DNA of 64,000 bases, from NCBI GenBank assembly GCA_016748015.1, contig JAAOMT010000429.1, positions 248,001 to 312,000 on the forward strand, in the 5' to 3' direction. This document shows positions 41,196-52,399 of the stretch, piece after piece. The translations under genes were made by a program, and so were the position numbers. The notes under the pieces are model-generated. The model saw only the letters and a list, made by a program, of their open reading frames with translations. It was not told the DNA's origin and did no database searches. The stretch's first letter is position 1, and each line of letters begins with the position of its first letter. The stretch comes from Geosiphon pyriformis uo1 (Eukaryota; Fungi; Glomeromycota).

Positions 41196-43049
41196 ATTAC
41201 TAATTAAGAAAATTTTGTTTAATTTTATAAATTAGAAATAATCAAAATTTAAATTATATATTGATATCAAAATGTGATATTTATAATGATACATTTGGTT
41301 TTAAAACAGAAAAATATTTTTATTAAATTTATTTAACAATTAATATTTTTTTATTTTATATCATTAAATTTATATTTAAGTTAAAAATAAATAATTTTAC
41401 AAAAAACTTGTATTCTGCTGATAAAATATATTTGAAAAATAATACTTGAATAAAATTTGGCTATTAATAATTATTTTTCTTTGTTTATTTCTTAATTTTT
41501 GCAAAGAATTGATTATTTGGTAAAAAAATAAATATTTTTAATTCGATCAATAAAATTATCTTAAATGAAACATTATGCACATTTTGCATCTCCGAAATAA
41601 AAACTTTTTAATTTAATGCTCTAAATTTTTTATTAAACACTATAAATGCAGGGACAATTTTAATTTAATATGCGTCGCTCTATTCAACTTCCAAAGTTTC
41701 ATAAATTTTCAAAAGTCGATTTGGATTGCAGAATTTTAAACACAATATTAAGACAATTTCATGTATTCCTTAAAAAAAAATAGACCGTGTTTCTCAATAA
41801 ATTTCTACTTTTCCTATCTAAGGAAAATTTTCAAAAATTAGATAGTGCAAACTCAGTTTTAATATTTCAAATTTCAAATTTTTTTGACGCAAAGAAAAGT
41901 CTTAAAAAACTAATCATTCATCCTAAATAAATACACATTTTTAAGCAAACTTCATAAATAACGGAAGCCTGCATTATGAATAGGCATCATTTTAAAATGT
42001 CATTAAACCCAGTGTCAGGGTTACAGTGGTTACAGTACCTATGCGCATGGACAAATATCATTAATTCATTTTATTACGCTCAACAACAAAAGCAATTTTA
42101 CTGCATTTAAGAACATTATTCTTTTCAAGACAAACGTCATTATTCCTATCATCATTGTCATATCTATGACTAAATAGTTTTTTTTCCCTCTTTTCCAACG
42201 ATCGATCAATCAATCTGTCTGTCTGTCTGTCTTTCTTTCTATCATGATTGATCCTTATAAATCAATGCATCATCATCAACAACTCACGTCTTCATCAAAT
42301 TTATTATCAAATGATTTGGAAGTAATGTCTAGTGACCTTAACAATTGCACATACCATAACTTTTGACCTATATTATACTTTTTCAACCCTGAAAAATCTT
42401 TAACCAGATAGCTAACGCCGAAAAAACTAAAACTTATTAAGTGTTAAAAGGTAACTAATTATAAAAAATTTTCAGGAATAAAAAATTAGCAAATGTAAAA
42501 CGTATATCCCAAGTTCATCAGTGAATCAAAATCATACATCAACGTGGGGGCGTCAGTTGATGATAAGTTGAGCGACTCACCATAGTAAAAGATTAACTTT
42601 ACGATATTAAAATTACATTCAAAGGGTTCAATACTTTTAAGTTACTCTCAACTGAGAAATAAAATAATTTAACAAAAGCACTACTGCAGGAGGTCACATA
42701 AACGAACGACTCGCGTGTTTGTCTATAGTTTCCTTGTGCAACAGCTAAATTTTTTTGATTACATTGGCACCACGTTTTGTTAAATTATTTTTTTCGCGTA
42801 AAAATATCCATTCAATCTCCCACAAACATAAATTTTATTTATTTGACTTCCAATTGCCAAACTTCTACAAAATACTAATTTTAACATTATCAAGAAAAAT
42901 CTATATAAACTTGCACAAAGTTCATCAGTTTTTTACCTTTCCTCGATATTCTCTCACTGATCTAAGCATCTCTCAAAGATCAATATTGAAACATTGGAAA
43001 TACTAGTAACCATCATTCCATAGATCTTGGGTAATTCAAAGAAATCGAG

Positions 43050-44666
43050 ATGGAATCTTCAAACAGTGCAATCACTACAACTCCCAATGGTCTTGGGATA
43101 TACAGTATTGTGGGTCAAAACTCTGCTGGAAATAGTTCAATAGACCAGCAAAACTCAAATCATAATAGAGACCTCGAGAATCAACATCATCAAGAGATGA
43201 TTCGATATTCGCAGCAATGGGCAGATGAAAGGTATTATTCCTTGGCATTTTAAAAGATCTTTATTTGATATTTAGGGATTTTCTTCCTTTATTTTAACCA
43301 AGGATAAAACCTATCGCATTATGATTTTTCGATATTAAAGCTGGCGCTCCGTTCCAGGATCCGATCCAAATTCATCGCTAACTCGTGCACATACGCCTTC
43401 AGGAGGTTATACTTCCCATTGGTTGAACGACCAAAGACATAATCCTACGATGCAAAACGAAATCTCTCATCAAAATAATTCTCATCAAGAAATCGAAGAA
43501 GCTAACAACACCAACCAAAACAATCATTTTGGTGATAGTTTGGTACGATATGCACAACCCAACAATACTCGAATAGCTTACACTGGTGCTCCTCGTTACC
43601 TTCCAGGACATCATCATGGCTATTTTCAACAACAAGAATTAGCTGCTTCATACTATCACAATCATCCCACGACCCCAATGAGAGATTCATTTGTTGGTTA
43701 CTCATCAATACCAGTTCAATGTGCAGCAACTTGTGGCGGGACTACTGCGCAGTTCACACCGTACTTGCCTCCATTAAGTTATAATCAACACACATTTTAT
43801 TCTTTCCCAACACCCCATCATCAATATAGGCAACATGAACATTCTCACCATCCGAATTCTTCCGTTACTGCCCAATCACTCCAAGAATATGCATTACTTT
43901 CTAGAAACGCGAATTTATCTAGTGGAATAAACGAAACAAAAAAGAAAAATCGAAAAACAATTAACACTATTCCCTTAAGGCCAAATGAAAATGCTCATTC
44001 CAATCATAATGAATTCCATCAATTCATTCAAACAAATTCGAATATTAGCCAGCAGCAACAGCGGAAGGGAGATCCATTAAAATGTTCAAATTGTGGGGTT
44101 CGAGAAACACCAGCTTGGCGTCGTGATTTACAAGGCATTGCGCTTTTATGCAATTCGTGTGGACTTTACTTGAAGAATAAAGGGGTTCATCGTCCAACCG
44201 AACGAGCTCCGGATGGAACAATTCGGCTTAAAAGAGCTACGAAAAGCGAGACGGAGTTATCTTGTTCAAATTGCCATACTAAAACCACTCCATGCTGGCG
44301 TGGCACACAAAATCATAAGCTTTGTAAGTTTTAATTAATCAACTTTGAAAATCCTTTGATTGATATACTCATGAAATTATTCTCCATTTGATGAAAATAG
44401 GTAATAAATGTGGATTATTCCAAAAAACACATGGCTATCCCCGTCCTTCGAGCCCTGAGCTAAGGGCAAGAAGGGGTATGGCAGCCTCAAATCTTGCCAT
44501 GATAATTGGTAATCGTCCACCACTTACTCCACCACAAGCAACATCAATCGTACCAATTACCCAAAATCCATTATATTCGATGGAAAATTCAACGTCTACT
44601 TCCGCAGCTGAAATTGAAATTCACCCTTCAAAAGACATTGGAAATAAAGAATTGCGAGATTTTTGA
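43050..44666 (+). CDS. GATA-type zinc finger transcription factor with two fingers, 476 aa; join(43050..43231,43341..44323,44401..44666)
   Basis: Finger 1 is CSNCGVRETPAWRRDLQGIALLCNSC. Finger 2 is CSNCHTKTTPCWRGTQNHKLC|NKC. N/Q/H-rich N-terminus. Canonical introns; 1431 nt in frame. Confidence 0.92.
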
Positions 44667-45883
44667 AATATAAATAGAAATAACGTGGAGAGGTTGGAAT
44701 GAACGAAAAAAAATTAGTAATTTTCGGGATTTTAATTTTTCAGGTAACAATAAATAAGTGTAAAATGAAACCAATCAACTTTCTTGTAACAGTTTATGTA
44801 TTTTAAGCCAAATTATGAACAATATCTTTTAATACAAGCATTCCTAAGAGATCTATTTAAAAATTAATTTTGTTTATAATATTAAATTAATCTCTTGGGA
44901 TCTATAAGTTAATAGAATATAATCGAGATCAGATTTTAAATCCATAAAACTTTCTTCCAAATTGAATTTCTTGAAGTGCAATATCCGAAGGTTAAAAATG
45001 TTTATAGTAAGAAGACTAAATGAAATGTGTTTATCTAGTGTTAGCCATAGATTATAAAGTTACATTGACATTGAAATTTGCATAAAATAATATTTGCTAT
45101 TTGAATTGGCTTCTCGGTTTTACTAAACGAAAAAAATTCCTACATTGTTTTAAAAAATGAATAAGAAAGGTAAAATTAGATATTAAATATTTGGATATCG
45201 TTTGCTTTTTCTGGAGCTGAAATTTCCATAATTTACGATATAAAAATTTGTGAATTTTTAGACTCCAAAGTGGATTGATTTCTCACCATGAGTTTCTATA
45301 ACTCTGTGGAAGGTAAAAATATCTTTGGATTCCAAAAACACAGGCTGACTAATTCCATAATATCTTCAGATGAACATCAGAAGAAAGCTGATTAAGAGGT
45401 GGAGAGAATAGATAACCGAAGAAAAAAAGTTAACAAAGGCTTTGTAAAAATTAAATAAGTAAGGTGTAATATATCCTGTATAGCGTGCAGCAACATTCTT
45501 TTGAATGGGAATTTGACCATATGGTTGGGTAAATTAATTGAAGAAAAAAATGCTACAAAAAGACATAAAAGTGAGTAATCAGTAAGAGGTTAATTAGTTT
45601 TTGGTATATTGCGAGGAACAAATTTAATTTGTTTTATGTAGACTTTTTTATTGCCAAATGTTGAATTTGTCATTTTTTGATGTTGTCTTTAAAATTAATC
45701 AAGAATTTGTATATGTTGTTATTGGAAGACTTTTCACATTTCTTTGAACATTTAAAGAGTTAATTTTGTGTTTGATTTGTAAGTATTGTGTTTATAAGAA
45801 GGGCCAATTTCTTTTTCTAATTCATTGTAGTGCTTTAAATTTTTCTACAGGCTTGTGCATAAAGAACACACTCTTTTCGCAGA

Positions 45884-48040
45884 CTTTTCATTATTGTTGT
45901 ATGCTAAAAAAAATTTCTTCCAATATTGGAAAGATCAATTAATTTCTGTTTCAAAATTATCTTTAAGCAGTTGAGATTATTTATAATAATGATTTATAAA
46001 AAGTCATGTTTCATGTAAAAGTTTAATTTGAAATTATTTTCAAGGCACAAAATTTTTGTTTTTAATTATTGTAATAAGAAAAATAACGAGAATCGCATAC
46101 AAAAATTACGAATAAATTTAAAAAAAAACATTGACCGATTTATAATATAATAAACTAATTAATTTTTACAAAGTTGGCAGTTAGCTAATTTTCAATCATT
46201 AGTCTATAGTGTAATCAAAAAAATTTTAAGCAGAGTTTTAGTCTTTATTAATTATGGTTTGGACAAAAAATGTTTGATTTACAAATTTGTATTTATTTTG
46301 AGTATTAAAACTTCTAAGCTATTAATTGTTCTAATTGTATAATATTTATTTTTAAAGAAAAAAGTTTTTTTATACATCTTTAAATAATGCTAACATAAAT
46401 GTGAATTTTTAATAAATTATTAATAAAATAAAAATCATAAATAATTTGGTTAAATAATAATTTAATAATTATTCAATGTGTGAGATTAGTTTTATAAATA
46501 TCTTAGTCATTATTCTTTTAAAAAGCAACTAAAAATCTAAAAATAGAAGAATAGTGTGTACTGTCAATAAAAAATAACACAATTTTTATATTTATATGCT
46601 TTTTTTCTTAAAAGTATATATTTTCTATAATTTTACCGAATAGTTTATAATATTCAAGTTTTTTTCTATTTAATAAGTTTTTGTTAATAAGCAAAATTTT
46701 TTTTATTATTCTTTTAAGTATATTAAAAAAAAAGTATTTTGCAATCATGTATTTAAACATGTACTTTTTAACTTATTGCTAATTTTTTGTTTTTATAACA
46801 GTTTTTTGTGAGTTAATAACAAAAAATACTCTAATTTTATCTTTTATTATAATTTGTTATTTGATAATAAATAAAACATCTGATAATTTTTGTTTAATAT
46901 TTATAAAAAGAATTTTATATGTTTTGATTAAAAAAATACATTTTTATGCTAAATAGAAATATATCTGTTTTGAAATTGCAGTAATTCTACTTATATTTGT
47001 TTTGGTGTTTATTTATTAATATTATAAATATTACAATAATTAGTAACCAATTAGATTTTTTAAAGTACTTTTTAATTTACATATCATAAACAAATTAATT
47101 TGCAAAATATAAATTTATTATTTAATACTTTATTAATAATAAATAACTCTTTCTATTAACTTGAAAAAATAGTTTACAGATTTTATTTTATTTTTTTTGA
47201 AACTGCTTTATTTTTTTATAAACAATAATTTATGCTTTTATTAAAAATTTAAGATTGTTTCAAATTTTTATTGCAAAATGTTTTTATATTTGAGTTTTGT
47301 TATTTTTTTTAAAAAATATTGTTATAATATTAATTTCAATAGATAGCATTTTTATTTGTCTATAGAGTAAATAAAAAAATTCATAACTAGTTATATTATA
47401 GTTTTTTATTTAATGTCAATTTTTTTCTTTCTTAGTAGGCTTTCTTTATATTACTAATAAAACCTCAATTTTGGTACTTCTTTTTTATATCACTCTTGTA
47501 CTGCTTTGATTTTTTTATCCAGAATTAAATTAATTGGTTCCCATAAATAACAACTTTTTTGTGGCTTTTCATTATTGTTGTATGCTAGCTAAAAAAATTT
47601 TAATATTGGAAAGAATAATTGATTTCTGTTTCAAAATTACTTTTTGAAAGGTTGTGAGCAGTTAGATAACTATAATAATGATTTAGTAAAAGTCACACTT
47701 CATAAAATAGTCTAATTTCAGGTTATTTTCAAGTCATACAATTTATGTTTTTGATAATCGTAATGAGAAAAAAATTTCATACGATAATTAAGAGTAAAAT
47801 TAATAAATATATTTCTTGATAGATTTATAAAATTAATTTCAATAAATTTGGTAGTTAGTTAACCTTAAAGTTATTGGTTTATAGTGCAATCAATCTAATT
47901 TGAAGAGGAGTTTTAGTTTTTATTAAATATGATTTGGACAGAAAATGTTTGTTTTAAAATTGTTTTTATTTTATGTTATTTATTATTTTAATTGTAAAAT
48001 ATATTTGTTAAAAATAAAAGCTTTTCTTTTATACAAACTT
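45884..48040. repeat. Two diverged ~500-bp direct repeats (45884-46380 and 47565-48040) in decayed TE-like DNA
   Basis: Shared CTTTTCATTATTGTTGTATGCTA, AATATTGGAAAGA, ATTTCTGTTTCAAAATTA, GAGTTTTAGT.TTTATTAA and TTTGGACA.AAAATGTTTG in the same order. Confidence 0.8.
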
Positions 48041-48872
48041 TGAGTAATATTATTTCACCTTTTAGCACTATTACTTTCCAAGAATTCAAGCCCAAAGAGT
48101 GAGGTAAAGAAATGAAATTTTGGGTTTTAGGAGAGCTAAAACTGCATTAGAAGAATTAAGCAAAAATTAGAGAAAGAAAGAAATTTAAGTAGAATGTTTC
48201 CCATCTGATCAAGCCAACAATCTTAACAACAGCAGAGACAACGATGATGGTATGCTAGGTGCTAAGAAGGAAGCCTACAAAAAGATCAAGAAGATAATAT
48301 ATCTTTTGATCAAAATTACTTGTTCACTTTGTCTGGTTGTGTTGCAGCACACTTTATATGCGACATAAAACTATAGATTCCACAGTAGCAAAGCTAAATG
48401 ACGCATATACTGTAAAGAAAAATAAAATGCTAGTTTTTGATTAGAACTCGAAATATCAAATGGCAACAAAGAGTAATGAGCTGACTAGATAAATAATCTT
48501 AAAATGCTATTCTTCCTAGTTCTTAGTAAGGACCCTTTTCGAAGTCGAAATCAAAAAAAAAACATTCAGTCATCAAGCTGAAGAAGATTATCAAGAAGAC
48601 AGTGCCATTTTTAGATCATATTGTCGTGAACGAACTCGCACTCTAAAGGTTTTCAAGCTAAATAAAAATTTCAATACAACAAAGGATAAATATATTAGGT
48701 TTGTTCATAATTTAGATTTAAGGATACAAGATATAGTGTGATAGGTGATCGGGAAAACATTATCCAAAAGAGGATAAAACTATTCCTTTAAAAAATGTCC
48801 TAAAAAACAATTAAGCTCGATCTATAGGAATTTTATTTAGTGCATCTTAAAAAAATTATAAAATATAATCAA

Positions 48873-50388
48873 ATGCCATTCAAGGTCGATTTTCTAGGAA
48901 TATTTAAGATTATTACTGCAATATTTATGGCATCAGTTTTTTATTTTTTGATGCATGAAAATCACAGCAGCTGGATAGCCTCTAAAATAATTCAGAAGGA
49001 TAAAAAACTAGATATAAAATACACCTCTCCTGCTATGATTAATTGGATAAATCAAATCGATATCCCACTTAAAATCAATCAAATCAAAAAACGTTCACAA
49101 TCACTACCCAAGAGCCGAATTTTACCTAATAATGAAGAGTTAATGGTTTCCTCGCAAGTTGCATTCATGATAAATGCAATTGACTGCCTCGGTCTAAATA
49201 ATCTTGGGTCAAAAGTGCCTGGCTTACAATTTAAAGGTTTTTGATTTCCGAAAAGAATTTGTCTTAAATGAAAGTTCTCTTAAACAAATTAATATCTTTC
49301 AAACACTGTTCATTAGTGGAGGTTCAATTTTACTTACGCTCACCACTATATAGCGCTTTATTGATTATGTTTGCGGGGCCAGTAACTATCTCAACCCCTT
49401 TAATATTTTAAATCAAATAAAATTCGGAGATAATAATGCTTTTTTTTTATATTAGAAATTAACGAAAGAACAATGGGCTTCTAGAAACTCAAAACAAGTA
49501 CCGCTTCGTTTGAAAAATTTTCCAAACTTTGACGAGAAAATTCTTGTGGACTCGCAATTATTGAAAGATGTGGAATTATTATTTCCTATTTTATTCGAAG
49601 CTATTAAAACATCTTTAATTCAAATTCCAAGAGTAACTAAATGGTATGATATTATGTTTACGGGACATGGTCTTGGTGGAGGTTAGTTTCCTCAAAATTT
49701 TCTATTATAAAGTATCTAGTAAGAATTATTTATTATTTTAATATTAAAAAATCTTTTAACTACACATATAAAAGCATATGCCTCTATTGCTGGGTTTTTA
49801 TGGGCAATTGGAAGTTTTTTAATCAAGAGGGAGAATATTTGGCCGGATGTTAATTTAAGCGAAATAGGGCAAGGTATTTTTACTTATGGAGCTCCGAGAA
49901 TTGGAAACGAGCACCTTCGCAATTTTTTCAACCAAGGAATCAATCATCGCCGCTTTACCCATGGAAATGATCATGTGCCGCACTTTCCATCGTCTTCAAA
50001 GGGGTGGAAACATTTTGGTACTGAAATTTGGATTGAGCCATTGAGTAATTGTGATTGTGCTGCTGATGACGACCCAAATACGTATTGGGACTGTAATTCT
50101 TCTCCTTTGATGTCAAGTCAAAGAGAAGAATGGTTGAATTCGCAGTATTCTGATGAGAATATGGTTAGTGATAATTTATATTGGACTAAGAATTTTTTGG
50201 TAATGGCGTTAAAAAACAAGTTTTTTCTTTAGGAGTGTAATGCTGGTCAATCAATAACCGAAGTTCCGGGAACTTTATTTCATAATGGACCTTATTTTGG
50301 GGTTGAAATGGGCAATTGCGAATCAATTAGTAAATTCAGGAATTTTGATGAAGCTCTAAAAAATTATCTAAATAGAAATAATAATTAG
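48873..50388 (+). CDS. Lipase class 3-like alpha/beta hydrolase lacking the nucleophilic Ser (GHGLGG); join(48873..49236,49317..49381,49456..49681,49775..50163,50233..50388)
   Basis: N-terminal hydrophobic anchor. IMFTGHGLGG|AYASIA, IFTYGAPRIGN, RFTHGNDHVPHFP, WKHFGTEIWI, CDC, DENM|ECNAG, HNGPYFGVEMGNC. Four GT-AG introns, open frame. Confidence 0.9.
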
Positions 50389-51379
50389 CAGCCAATAATT
50401 TTCTTTTGCTATAAATTCAATGATTCACTTCTTTTTTAAAAATATTTTTAGTTACATAAAAAAGAAAGACTTTTGGTAATTTATTCTCCTTGGATTGATT
50501 AATACATCATGGCAATTAACTTTGGATAAATATTTTGTGAAATGGGGCTCCGAATTATTGAATTCAAGTACCTCAAGTGCTATATTTTAACAGTTTCTAT
50601 ATTTCCTTTATTAATAGCTCTTTTCGCTGCTAAGAGGTTAGAAAAAATTATGTACTTTATCTCCCATTTTGAATTGATATTAGAAATTTAATGCAAATTC
50701 ATTGAGGAAACTGTTATTTCAAGGTAATATTTTCCAAATATCTAAGCTAATATTTTTTTATTATATTTGATTATGAGTTTTATGGTAGAGCGAAGTATCA
50801 GTGATAAGCGTGATCAGAAGCAGCAGTAACTCGTAGAAGATTTCAATAGTGAAAGTGAACGTTTTGAGTGGGATTGTTATTTGGTTATTGTAGATTAATT
50901 AACAATAATAAAGAAACAGATATTTGCTTTATGTTTCTAGTTTTCGTTTCTTTCTTGGTTCATCATGTGTTGGTGTTAATGCTCGTTTATTGACTATTTT
51001 TTTTTGTTCTTGGTAAATTTCATAAGTGATTTTTTTTTGATCTAGATATTCTTCAAAAATTTTGATATCATTGATTTTAAAAACATAAGGGGCAATTTTT
51101 TCTCCTTGAGCCTTTTTTAAAATACTTCTTTAATTCTTTGGTTCTATAGTAGATTTAATGTAAATAAGTTTTATGATATTTTTATATAGAGATAATACTA
51201 CATTAAATGTATTATAACTTTATGATAATTAAATGCAATTGATATTTAAATAAAACAAAGCTTTCAAAATGTTATTTTTTCAGCCACACCAGCCATTTTG
51301 AGCCCATGTAATCAAATGTTCACTTTGTCTGATTTTGTTGCAGCCTGTCCCAAATTATATTTAACCAATTCAACAAATA

Positions 51380-52390
51380 AACAATTAAACTTACCAACAA
51401 TTGTGCTATTATCTTGCAATGCTTCAGTTTAAAAAGAATTTATTTTAATAAAAATAAAGCAGAATCTAAAAACAATTTGGAAATTATTTTATTCAAAATA
51501 ACATATTATATTAATAAAATTGAAAAGATTAAAACAATCACTTAAAATAATAAAAGAAAAAAAAGAAAGAATATTGTTTAACATGTATTCAGATTCAATA
51601 GTAGAATATTTTTGTTAAGAAACAACTATTTAGAAAATAATTAAATTATATTTAATAAACCAATAATAAAGACAATATTTATAATTATGTTTTTTAAAAA
51701 AATATTAAAGTTAATAAAAACTTAAAAAAAAATAGTTAACATTAAATATTACAAAAAAAACAGAATAACAAATTACCAAATAAACTAGTAAAATACAAAA
51801 TTAAAAATAAAATAAATTGAAATATTTTATACTTACCAAATACTTAATAATTGAGTATAAATTATAACTAAAAAACAAGGTTTTAAAAAAATAGTATATA
51901 ATAATTACTTAAAATTATATTATTTAAGCCAAATAATATTAATATAAATACTATAATTAAATATACAAATACTAATAATTAAATCAAATAAAATTTTATA
52001 AGATCTAAAACAATTATTATTATTGAACACAATTTATATTAGAATTAATTACCAAAATAAATATAAGTATATAAAGACTACTAATATACAACAAAATAAT
52101 AATTACTATTAATATTTATATAATTGTTTAATTATTATTAAAAATATTACAAAATAGAAAAGTTTAATATAAAAATAATCATAAATAAAAAAACCAAATA
52201 TAAACATATTTAAATATTTAAAAATAAAATTTTATAAAAATAATCAAAGCAATATTATATTAAAAACATTAAAATACCAAAACAATTATATTAAAAAAAT
52301 ATATAATTTTTATAATAAGACAATTTATAATAATAGCATAAAATAATATTTAAAATTAAATTTTATATAGTTAAAATATAAAATTTTTTA
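51380..52390 (+). mobile_element. Highly decayed LTR-retrotransposon integrase-like fragment
   Basis: KERILFNMYSDSIVEYFC*ETTI*KIIKLY (~51565-51650) is reachable by transitions from an H..GHFG..T..KI integrase zinc-binding motif. Confidence 0.4.
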
Positions 52391-52399
52391 AAAGAAGTT

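Noticed and set aside
48590-48700. KKTVPFLDHIV resembling the RT thumb motif VxFLGHIV
   Set aside because: A single short motif, too weak to annotate.
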